The notes under the pieces: generated by a model | What the model saw: only the letters and a program-made list of their open reading frames with translations | What the model was told of the DNA's origin: nothing | Database searches by the model: none | In this document: positions 25,520 through 36,675 of the stretch, one piece after another | Layout of the letters: each line of letters starts with the position of its first letter | Position numbering within the stretch: the first letter of the stretch is position 1 | Program-made: the position numbers and the translations under genes | NCBI GenBank assembly: GCA_011109175.1 | Contig: RDEW01000015.1 | Location: 16,742 to 80,741, forward strand | Length of the DNA stretch: 64,000 nt | Source: Dicyema japonicum | Taxonomy: Eukaryota; Animalia; Dicyemida | Direction: 5' to 3'

Positions 25520-28500
25520 TCCATTACATCTTTCAATGTCAGAGGAATTGCCTCAAACATCAAAACAGAAACATTCTATGTACGGATCTAAAAAGATACA
25601 AAACCGGTGTGGCATGTCTGCGAGAGACGAAGGTGACAGAACGAGATGTATGCTATGACAATTACCGGTTAATACTACTACCATCCGACTCCCGTCATTA
25701 TGGGATGGGCTTTGCTATATTATTTTATTTATTTAACACCAAAGACCACGGTAAAACCAAAACTAACTATCACGTGATCCCGATGCGTTCCGCCAAAATC
25801 CTCATTCTTCCCCGGTGCTCCTCTCTCGTAACCACACAAGCCGTACTGGGCGGCTGACTGTATTTGCATGGCCACCTTCCTGCATGCCGGAGTTTTGTTT
25901 AATGAGGGCTCCAGAGTAGTCGGTCCGGTTCTGTGTCTTCCACAAGACCACCGCTCCGTCATTCTGAAAGCATTTTTTTGAACGTCCTCAATTTTCTTCG
26001 TGTTCGTCCATGATACTGAAGGTCCCCACGAAGCACACGCGTACGAGAAGCATGGTTCGATGTATTGTTTGTAAATGTTCATCAAGACTGGGTGGGTACC
26101 TGTCTTCCATATTCCAGATAAAACATTTTAATACATTGCTATACACATCTCATTTGTGGATCGGTTACTCAAAGTATGGAGGGTAGGAGCAAAAGCTATC
26201 ATCCAACTTAATATCGGATCACGTAAAAAGAAACGATTATGACTGTCATAAATGTGTATGCCCCCCACACAGGAAGATTATCAACTTCTATGGATGAGCT
26301 TGATGATTTTTTATATGAGCTTATCGGAAGTATGCTCTCACTCTGCTCGTCCACGCTAATTTTTGATTGCGGGGTACTGGAATTCAACAGGAATTAAACG
26401 CAGAGGTGAACGGTGCATTGGTTATCACGGAAGGGGACATCGAAATTCTGAAAATTTTGATCGATTTCCGACTTTTTGTAATAACGGCATTTTCAGCACG
26501 CCGCCCGACACAAGACCACCTGGGTAGGTTGTAGAACAAACAAAAATGGATAGGAATAAAAAATATTTAATCAAATAGATTATATTTTGTGCAAGCAGTC
26601 AAACAAGGGATTATTAATGGACTATCGTTTGCATGGAGAGGATTGACAAATAGCGATAACAAGATCGCAGTCTGTCGGTTGAATCTTAGCAAGCTTATGG
26701 AGTGTTATATGCGAATCATGCACGTCGCAGAAAAACACAGATGATAGCGGGAGAAGAATTAGTAAATAATCCTGCACTCATCATGAGATACCATCAGTGA
26801 ATGGACCAGTATTAATCCAATATTTCTATGGATGGCCTACCCCACATCGTGTGGATAAGAATCTCTGAAGCCATAATGACGGCTGCCAAAGAAACAGTTG
26901 TGATTCGCAAAAATATTATGAAAGGAAGATATAAAGGAGCATATAGCTCGACAGTCAATGAATTATCTAGCCGTCAAAGAGATATAAGACTTCAAGAAAC
27001 TTGTGATCCTGAACGAAAATCCAAATTAAAAAAATTGAAGAATTTAATCCAACTCGAAATTAAGAAGAATTTGCTCCGATCAAGGTCGGACTTTTTGGAC
27101 CAACGAGTATCGGAAGTGGAAAGATTACATTCTGGTGCAAAATGTTTATGGCTGTGCTTTTACTCAAGCGCGGGTAAGCTAAAACCAATTTAAAAATTCA
27201 AGATGAGTTCGGTCACTTTGTATTGGACGCTAACCGTTCTGCTGGACTTATAGCCCAACACTTTAGCAAGCAGTTTAATCGAGAGGATATTTTACCCTCA
27301 CACAATTCGAAGGACAGCCTCGTTCACTTAATTATGTGTTTACGGATTTCTAGATTCGTGAAGCACTCTTTCGCCTGAATAACAATAGACAGCTGGCTAT
27401 GAAAATATTTGTGTAAAGTTGTTAAAATACGGACCAACCCAGCTAGCAGAAAAAATGACTTTTACATTCAACGAGATATTTAGGACTTTATGTTAAATTG
27501 ACATCGCGATGGAAGTTCTACTTCCTTGACAAAAACATGGATAAACTGCAGGTTCAATTGAAAATTTTAGACCGATCGTGCTTTTGACACTTTGTGAAAA
27601 ACATTGTCGATTACAACATTGAATCGAATCAAATTCAGTTGACCAATACTTGTCACAAGCAGGGATTCAGACCAGGAAAATCGACCGTGATATAGTATGG
27701 AGTCATTGGTGGCTTACGGGAATGTGTCAGAAGTACAGAAAAACAATGTATATTCTGGGAGTCGACTTATCGAAAGCATTCGACTGTGTCTACCGAGATA
27801 AGCTACTAAGTTCTCAAATACTTATTTGATGAAGACTGTTTGAGGATTGTGTGTTTTTTACTGGCTGACACGAGCCTCATAGTGAAAGTGGCGAAAGGCT
27901 ATTCGGAATAATTCACGATCGGGATTGGTACTCGCCAAGGGGACTCGCTTTCGCCAGATCTCTTTGCAATCTATTTGGAAGCTACGTTGAGGACGTTAGA
28001 AAAGAATTGGGTCACTTAAATAATCATTTTGTGGAATTAATATATGCTGATGACATCGATTTTGTGTCTGAGGATATGGAGGTACTAAGAATCGCCGTAG
28101 ATAAAGCCACAACGGTTCTGGAGAGGTGGTCTTTAAAGATCAATTCAGAAAAAACAGAGTTAACTTCGATTCAGCGGTAATCCACACTGATTGATGAGAA
28201 ATGGAGGTCTACTAAAAAGCTCGGCTCGTTTTTGGGTGATGCTGAGGACATTGCCAGTTCCTATTCTATAACTCGGGAACATGGGGAACTTCAAAAACTG
28301 ACTTGACAGACTAGACACATTTCATAGAAATCAATTGAGAAAAATTGCGGGAATCAAATGACCACAGATTATCAAAACGACACTTTCTACAAATTATGTA
28401 AATGCAAACCGATAAGCAGAGAAGTAATTACCTCACGCTGGCGACTCTTCGGACATGTTCTGAGAATGGACGAAGTGATTCCTTGCAATCAAATCATGGA

Positions 28501-28750
28501 AGATTACTATTCAAGTCACGGAATTGGATTTCGGGGTCGGCCAAGATGTAAGCTTCTCCCAACGATTGCGCACGAATTGGCGGTCAACTCAAAACTGGAG
28601 ACGATCTTGAAGGTATTCGTAAACGCGCGAGAAACAGAGCTAGATGGAGAGGCCTGACTGGGGGGATAGTCGAATGTACTGCACGACCGAACCCTTAGGT
28701 ATTTTACGTGCTTATGTCAACGCGGAAGTGGTATTAACTAACTAACTAGA
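25520..28750 (+). mobile_element. Degenerate near full-length RTE-like LINE
   Basis: ACLRETK, NQIDYIL, VDLSKAFD, QGDSLSP, YADDI and RWRLFGHVLRM motifs; many stops; short (ACTA)n tail. Confidence 0.85.
25730..26200 (-). mobile_element. Fragment of a second LINE nested antisense in the RTE
   Basis: IYKQYIEPCFSYACASWGP...IEDVQKNAFRM is a typical post-RT LINE motif. Confidence 0.7.
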
Positions 28751-29148
28751 GTGGCAACACAATAAGCCAGACATTTTTGTGTATGAAAAAATGAAGAATA
28801 AGAATGTGATTATACAAGTTGGAATCACCTCACAACAAGCACTCAAGCATACAGAAGTAAAAAAGCTAAACAAGTATGACTTGCTCACTGGAGAATTAAG
28901 CAGAATATACGATGTCCTTTTGGGGACATGGGACGGGATTATTTCCATGTGCTACAGAAATCATTTGAAGACTTTGTCGATTGATGTGCCAATGAGAGCG
29001 TATATTCAATCGGTGGTTTTAAAGAAAACATTAGAAAATATTATTGTCGAGCACAAACATGAAGCTAAGTTACTACTTGAAATTCTGTCCACCTGTAATA
29101 TTACTTGTAATTCTCTCCTATATAAATTAAGCAGTTTAGACAAATTTA

Positions 29149-29247
29149 ATGATTGAACTTTTTTTCAAATTCGTTCTGGCTATGGCAACGAGTCGGTATT
29201 GCCGTATTACGTGGAAACTTGTAACAATCCTATCTGCAAAGGCTTGA
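29149..29247 (+). pseudogene. Third, short or degenerate member of the signal-peptide gene family (copy C)
   Basis: Same upstream block (AATATTACTTGTAATTCT..TATAAAT..AGCAGTT..GACAAAT) followed by MIELFFKFVLAMATS...; only 32 codons. Confidence 0.35.
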
Positions 29248-29339
29248 CTGTAAATTTTTTTTGTTAATAAATTTTTTCCCCTAAAAATTTTTTTTAATTT
29301 GTTGGACTTAATAATATTTTTAATCTTGACGAACAAGGC

Positions 29340-29565
29340 TTGACGAGTGACACCGTCATGAACATTTGAATGCTGAACCGGATCGTCTATGAAGGACATA
29401 CACCCAAGAAAAAGAAAAAACAAAGAAATGAAGAGCATCCCTTGATTCTCCCTCATCGATTAGCTATGTTGTTCTTTGCTTAAATAAAGTGTGTTTCTCT
29501 TAAGAGCGCTAACTGATATGGCTCCTCGGAAAGTGCGATAGTGCATATTTCAGGATATTATTATT
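29340..29565 (+). mobile_element. 5'-truncated copy of the tRNA-SINE
   Basis: TTGACGAGTGAC..CGTCA core through TAAATAAAGTGTGT and a TTA tail, homologous to 7199-7416. Confidence 0.8.
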
Positions 29566-30139
29566 GACAACAAAATATTACAGATGTGGAGAGTAATTCA
29601 TAATTATAAACATAAGTCTTAATAATACTTGAAACTCTGACCAAATAATATAAACACTCCTAACAAATCCCAATGAATGAGATTTTTCTAGTATTCAGTA
29701 CACTCGCTAATAATGGTTTTGATATTTGGAAACAATCAAAAAATTTAAATCTCAAATATTTTATTACTTGTTTTAGTTACAGGTTTAAAATTTCAGTAAG
29801 AAAACCCATCATTTTGTTGTATTCCAATTTTGTCCTGTTTTTTAAAATGGTTGATCAAAACAAAAATAAAGATTTTAGTCATATATAATCTAAAATTGAC
29901 TTCAAAAAATTCCAAACAAATACGGGATCACCGAAAAGCATAAAGGTTCATTATGATGAGGATCTTTACTAGATACAAGGTATTTAAATAGAACATCCAA
30001 AACATCCCCTAACAGGAAAGGATCTTCAAAGAAGATGAGTCTCCAAACATAATATTTCAGTGATAAGATTCGTATTGTAATCCTATAATATTACTTGTAA
30101 TTCTGTCCAATATAAATGAAGCAGTTCCGACAAATCTCA

Positions 30140-30337
30140 ATGATAGAACTAATTTTAATATTTGTTGGACTTTGTAATAGTTTTGATTTTGGCCAGGATA
30201 TAAAAGATGTGGAGAGTAAAGCACATAGCATTATCGACAAATTTACTATCAGACAATCTAAAGAAGCTAATGGTAAATTTATGATTAACTCAAATATGAT
30301 CTTTATGACAGTTCTGGTGTCATTTTTGCGATTTTGA
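30140..30337 (+). CDS. Small putative secreted peptide (family copy B)
   Basis: MIELILIFVGLCNSF N-terminus nearly identical to copy A. A FCDFETRINSSLN segment homologous to the copy A C-terminus lies in another frame, implying an intron or indel. Confidence 0.45.
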   Translation: MIELILIFVGLCNSFDFGQDIKDVESKAHSIIDKFTIRQSKEANGKFMINSNMIFMTVLVSFLRF

Positions 30338-30869
30338 AACTCGGATTAACTCCTCTTTAAATTAATAGTGGATTTTGTTTTTTTGGTTTAATTAAAAAAA
30401 TTAACATGTTTTTTTAAATATCCTAAGATTGATTGCCCAGTATTGGTCAAGGTTAACATCAGAGCATGCTGAGAGGGAATATCAGGCAGAACGTCCTTGA
30501 TTTTTAAGTTGATTTTTAAATTTCCACAATTTTGAGAATTGTAGTTTGATAACATTCGACGTCCAGAAATGAAAAATCAGTGTTGAAAATGAATTCAAGT
30601 TTGTCATTTTTAATTCAATCGTTTATCGTGTATTTCCTATTCCGAATCGAACCCAGATATATCTGCAATATTCCAAGACGGGAGAGATACAAGATTTTTA
30701 TGTCAGATTTTATTCGAAGACAGAGTATCAGTGTATAAGAGTTTCCTAAGTACGTCGACATCTCTTGAATCTACATAAATACTTAAGAAAAGCCGTGTGG
30801 CGCTATGTGGTGTTTTGTGGCTAATTGATTGAAGTTTCTGTTTTGTTCGTCTGTTCCTAATTCACTTAA

Positions 30870-31080
30870 TTAGCGTGCGTCATGTGATTCGCCTTATCTG
30901 GTGGCGTCATATACAAGTCAAAAGTGCATCCAAAAAGAACCATTTGTCAACGAAGAGTTCCCACTGGACGGCTCTTCCTACACATCCGGGCACTTTTCGG
31001 TGGAGACTCGTCATGTCAGGAGAATGCACAGGGACGCAGTCGGAACACTGAGAAAAGGTGCGAAGACTGTTAAAGGAGGC
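30870..31080 (-). mobile_element. Highly degenerate CRE-like fragment
   Basis: Minus strand ends in ESHDAR, as in the 14140 family. Confidence 0.4.
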
Positions 31081-31865
31081 TGGGATTACCTGAAATTTTG
31101 TTTATTTTGGATATGCCGGTGGTTTTGATTCAATAAATTAAATTAATTAACATGACATTTTACAAAATAGGCATACGTCACCATTTCAACCATCAACCAC
31201 TTAACCATAGAATATTTGTAACCATTTAAATCACATGACTCCTATTTTACTAAGACAGGAGTCGACGTACAAATGAATCTCTCATTGTTCATTCAATTAC
31301 TCACATTAAGGTTACATAAAGGATTACCTCATAAAATTACACAATCCTTTCCATAAACAATATAAATACAACTTTGTAGAGTAGACTATTAATACGGTTT
31401 ATTTAGTAAAGTACATTTTCATATTAAACACGTGTGAATAAGAGAGTCACAAATCATAAAGAAAGGAACAATGAGTCATTAATCTAAAACTAAACATATT
31501 CGAACAGTCAATCAAAATGAGATAATAAAGGGTATGACTACTTTTCCAAAATTAACTAAGATCAGTGAATAAATGTTAATTTAGTATGTCGATCTTTAGC
31601 TGGTACCTCTAACTTGTTTACAATAAATAATTGCTAATATTTATTTAATGTAGAATCAAATGAGTATTTTATAGCCAATGATTATATCAAGACTCATTTA
31701 TTTTCGTTTGATCTATCTCCCCCAGTTCTTCGAGAAAGTAGCTACATCAGGGCAGCAGCTATATATAACTCTCCGAATTTGTCTGCTAATAAAATATTGT
31801 GCTTTTTCTAATTTATGTAATTAAGTTTTATTAGATTTATTTAAATCTTTTTTGACTTGTCTCAA

Positions 31866-32078
31866 CTTGACGAGTGACGTCGTCATCAGAGAACATCTCA
31901 CTGCTTAACCGGATCGTCTACAAAGGGACTTACACCCAACAAACAGAAAAAATGAAGTGAAGTTCATTCCTTGGTTTATTCTAAGATTAGTTATGATAAC
32001 TTTTCTTTACTTACGTGAAGTTTGTGTCATGCCCGGGAGGAGCTATAGTTAATATGGTTCATTCGTAAAGTGCAGTAT
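31866..32078 (+). mobile_element. 5'-truncated tRNA-SINE copy
   Basis: Homologous core; TSD TTGTCTCAA at 31857-31865 and 32079-32087. Confidence 0.8.
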
Positions 32079-32149
32079 TTGTCTCAATTTGATCGAAAAC
32101 CTTAATTTCATTAACAAAACTGTAGTTTTGGCTCATTTGAGTTACTCTC

Positions 32150-32700
32150 TACGTCAACCATAATAAGATTTGAGGCTTACAAATGCATAAATGAAATCCC
32201 ATCGCTTTCAGGGAATCTCAGAATACAATCTCTACGTAAGGAACACGTTTTCACGATGATTGATGAAACCAAATTTATGTGGTGAACAAAATTTCCAGTA
32301 CATACTCATGATGGCGAAGTGTCAGATGATTCCAGAATTTGAATCTCGTAGCTGTCCATTTCAACCGAATGTTCAGCTCATCAACGACTAACGATATTCC
32401 TTGACTCAACAGGGACACACACAAAAGTAAGTTAAGAACATGCCTTGACATCCTTTCTCAGATCAAAAAAGTAGGTCATTTCAATTGTTTGAGGAGGCCA
32501 ATTAGAACGTCATTGAGGATTTCACAAAGTCCAAATTCACAATGATAGTTTACTAAGGACAAAACTGTCATACATCGAAGCTAACATCCACGAAAGTAAT
32601 TCAAGGTCAGAATTCCTCAGTTGATAACCTCTTGTCTGATCAGTACCATAGGAATGATAAAAGTCGTGGATTTTCCATTTGTTGATAGATATTCAATAAA
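32150..32700 (-). mobile_element. Degenerate Penelope-like reverse transcriptase fragment
   Basis: VSFDV motif and a decayed YVDD-like region on the minus strand. Confidence 0.4.
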
Positions 32701-33949
32701 TGTATCAAAATTGAAGTTTACGTCAAAATACGCACAAATATGCATAAATATAGTTTGTCAGAGTAATATTAATGCATCAAACTAACCAACATCATCTAAC
32801 CAAAATCACAATTAAACTCACATGCAGTCCTCAAAACAAAGTCAAAAAGATCGCGGATAAATCCCCCTGTTCTGTGGCCGTGCCTCTTCTGTACAAACAT
32901 CGAATAGAGAAGACGAAAAGTAATTTACCAGTTTCACGTTTTATCCGTTAATTTAGGCGTGCAACAAAGAATATGTGACACATTTTACTGTTCCTTTAAA
33001 AAATCTGAAGACAGGCAACAAAACAAACTCTGTTCATCCCAGGTTTAACCACGTGACCATTTCGACACATCCTCACACATTAAGAGTGTGTCGTAAAGTA
33101 GAAAGCCCGATTAATCAAAATTGGGAATATATAGGCTTGACTGATGTGATTACGATTAGGTGAAATTGAATGTGAGGAACCTTGGGTACCACGGACTGCT
33201 AGAGATTATCACGAACTTATAGAAAAGTGTGATTTCTAGGATTAACTTTGATTAATTAGTTAATTTTTGATTTTAAATTCGCAAATATGCTTATAGCTTT
33301 AAATTGGCGGGAAATACGATAAACTAAATGTTTCACGGTTCTCCAATTTTTGTGAAAAAATATTAGGATTTGGAAATTCAAATATTTACTTTTGTGTTTG
33401 TAAGTTCATAATAATTAGCTTATAAATTAAAATTCTATGAAAGTACAAAAAACTGAATATTTCTAAGGTTCTCTAATGAAAAATGGTAATCGTCCAATTT
33501 TAACAGCAATCGAGAAGTAGCATTGTCTCCATTACTTAACCCTCCACTAAGACAGGCAGACATTTATTTAAGAAAGAACAGTTGTGCTAGGCAATTTCAC
33601 TCAGAATGAGTAGCGGTGGGATTCGAACCGGAAAGGATCAAATTGCCAGGTGCTTATAAAAATGGTCATGTCCAAACTCTATGCTGAACAAAAGAATATA
33701 ATTATAGGTCTCCATTATATATGTTGGAGATCATCAGAACTGTGCTCTTTGAATGTCCAAATCATTATTTTCCTACGAGTATATTATAGTTACAATATTA
33801 GGGAGGCTTATATTCCCCAAAGTAGTATTTATGTTTAATGATTTAGTCAGTATGAACCGAACAAAGGGAGATTATCCAGCAAATTAATCTGGACATTATG
33901 TTAGTTTGGTTTAAAATGAAAATCGAGAAACAAGGTTATATAATAACTC

Positions 33950-34450
33950 CGACAATCTCCCATCAAACCATTTAGCCACAAACCTCGTCAATAGGTCGTA
34001 GATGAATCGAGAAAAATCAATTCCCATTAATTAGGCATACAAAATAAGGACATTCCCATTGGCTACACAATTTTAAATATTTTTCAATTACTTTGAATAT
34101 TATTAACTACAAACTTAAAATGTTAGGATATAGCAGGCGGTCATTATAAATATCATCACACATTCATAGTCTACTACAGCACATGTCGACTTTTAATCTA
34201 AAATTCTTATTTAAATTGAAAAATACTCCAGTAATTCTCAATTTTTATAATTATGAAATGCTCTCACTCGCACAAACCGGACAGTAAAATCCTAGGAACA
34301 TACAATAAATAACGTTGATTTTATGCAAAAATAATATTAACACAAATCTTAAATAGTCTGAATCTAACTATGTTGACGATATTTTCGATATTCTTTACCC
34401 GCGATCTGTATTGGTGGAGGAAGAGAAGAAACAGAAAAGGAAGAGAAATC
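33950..34450 (+). mobile_element. Degenerate Penelope-like reverse transcriptase fragment
   Basis: IPIG-like motif at ~34050 and NYVDDIF at ~34370. Confidence 0.45.
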
Positions 34451-35631
34451 TTCAACAAATACCCAACATGGGGATTAATACTCAGGATCAGTGTTACAGT
34501 ATGATCTTATCATAAGCTGCTGGTTTATTAAAATATGTCGTACAAATATTCTGATAGCGATTTCTATGGTTGTCATGAAATTTTAAAGTGAATGATCATA
34601 TTGAGCCTACAAGGAAGTAATCCATATTACCCGAATCATTTCACTATGAATTGCTAGGAGATATAACTTCAATCCCCTCTCAATAACTTATGGTACAAGA
34701 GAAACTGATTAGGAGGAATTCCATCTTCCGCAGAACTCGAGTATAAATCACAACCATTCTCAATTTGCAGAATCAATAACATAATTCCCTTCTATCTTCT
34801 ACGTAACTCGACATGAGATTTCTGACGCAAACATTCCAAAGTCACGAATGTCTGTTTGCAAAAAATAACAGTTGTGCTAATTAACCTTAAGATGGGGGTC
34901 GAGACATCAGTAATGTTCTTAGTTTCTTTTCTGAGACTCCCTGTGGATAATCCAGTTCTTCAGTTAAGTATTATTGATGGGGGAATCACTTTAATGATCG
35001 TACTGTTTCGATAATTGGCCTTAATGTGTCATAATTCAAATAACTGCAGTATTTACGGATATTTTTGATTTTTGAGACTATAATTTTATCGATAGCAAAA
35101 TTATACTGAAGTTGTAAATCTGAGAATCAACCCTGAAAAAGGTTAATATTAACGAACATGACATCTCTAAATTATGGCAAGTGAAGAAGGTCGGATTCTA
35201 CTTTATGCGTAAGAGAATTGTCTTAATAAGAGCTGTGGCACTTCCCCTAAGAAACGATAGCCAAGAATTAATTAAAACGACGTTTTCGTAAAAATTATAA
35301 GTTATGTAATAAAATTGCATTTATTGGCGAATAGTAGCAGTTTTAGAATTTACGTATATTTTTGTCAGAATTTGTTTAGTTTTTTAATCTATTGTCGCTA
35401 TTCTAATTTAAATTTCCACTCGAGGTGAAAGTGGTTGATCTCTGGGAGCGTTTTTTTTGATAGTCGGGAGTTTCACACAGGTTGGCGAACCTAGGTTAAT
35501 AATCTAGTTTCCATTCTATGATTACCATTAATTTAAAAATAATTATTTACATATTTGTTAATAATTATTAAATAATAGAGTATTATGTAATATTTACTAT
35601 AAAAGTAGTCGTCGTAGACTGCTTTTACTAA

Positions 35632-36675
35632 TGGTTCTCTGTCAGGTTAATTATTAATTCTAAACATGGGAATTTAACTATTGTTAACATCTTTGATGGG
35701 ATGGAATCAGCCAGAAGAGCTAGGATTTCTCGTCGACATACTGGCGATTTTATCCTGCAGTTTAAGAACTTGGAAGACCTTGAAGATTTCAAAAAGTCAA
35801 TGAATGATAGTAATCCTTTTGGATTGGGTGGACATGAGATGGAGGAAGTAAAACTGCCTCCTTCGACTATAATTCTAAAAAATGTTCCGACATGGATAGA
35901 GATGGATGAATTAAAGGATTTTCTTCGGTCAAAGTTGACAGGAGAGTTCCGAGCTGAAAGATTTGTACGCCGTGGTGTTAGCTTGCCTATTGTTAAGCTT
36001 GTCTTAACAAGCAGGGGAGAAGCAGAATCCATTGTCAGATTGGGATTGATTATTGGATTTTTGAAGATGAAAGCGGAATGGTATATAAAACGAGAAATTC
36101 AGTGTTTTCGTTGTCAACAGTTTGGACATATTGCTCGGTTTTGCAAGAACTTAGAAAAGTGTCTACATTGTTCGGGATCACATAGAAGATCTGAATGTAA
36201 AGCATCGCATGATACAAAAAATTGTGTTAATTGTGGGTCGACTACTCATCTGGCAAATTATGGAGGTTGTCCGAAAGCTATGGAAGCCAATCGTGAGAAA
36301 ATGAAGAAAGTTGCTGAAAAGTCAAAAGTCTCCAAAAAAGAAGATAAGAAACTTGCCAAATCCGGAAATAGTCATACTATATCAAAAAATGCTAAGTCAG
36401 CTTTTCTTGATGGTCGAACTTGTTGGAATATTCCAACGGTCAAAAGGGCAACAGTAGAAGCTTCTACTCAGACAGAAGAACCTGTGAAGGGAAAGAAAGA
36501 AGAAATCTCAACACAGGTCAATGATGGTGAATGTCAACTTGATTATTCACAAACTTTGAAAAAATTAGAGAAAAGCATTATAGAAGTAACGAAAACAAAA
36601 AAGGATACGAAGCATTTATTGGATTTGGTGGCGATCCTAAGAGGAGGGATCAGCCACCAAAAAAATCAGAAGTAA
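35632..36675 (+). CDS. LINE ORF1, gag-like nucleic-acid-binding protein (5'-truncated)
   Basis: Three zinc knuckles CFRCQQFGHIARFC, CLHCSGSHRRSEC, CVNCGSTTHLANYGGC; frame is open right up to the TSD. Confidence 0.92.
   Translation, partial: WFSVRLIINSKHGNLTIVNIFDGMESARRARISRRHTGDFILQFKNLEDLEDFKKSMNDSNPFGLGGHEMEEVKLPPSTIILKNVPTWIEMDELKDFLRSKLTGEFRAERFVRRGVSLPIVKLVLTSRGEAESIVRLGLIIGFLKMKAEWYIKREIQCFRCQQFGHIARFCKNLEKCLHCSGSHRRSECKASHDTKNCVNCGSTTHLANYGGCPKAMEANREKMKKVAEKSKVSKKEDKKLAKSGNSHTISKNAKSAFLDGRTCWNIPTVKRATVEASTQTEEPVKGKKEEISTQVNDGECQLDYSQTLKKLEKSIIEVTKTKKDTKHLLDLVAILRGGISHQKNQK

Noticed and set aside
33610-33635. Reverse B-box GGGATTCGAACC
   Set aside because: No cloverleaf or A box nearby; an isolated tRNA/SINE remnant.
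35628-36032. Antisense ORFs over the LINE, PDZ, IF and PCNA genes
   Set aside because: Shadow ORFs of real coding sequence with no independent motifs.
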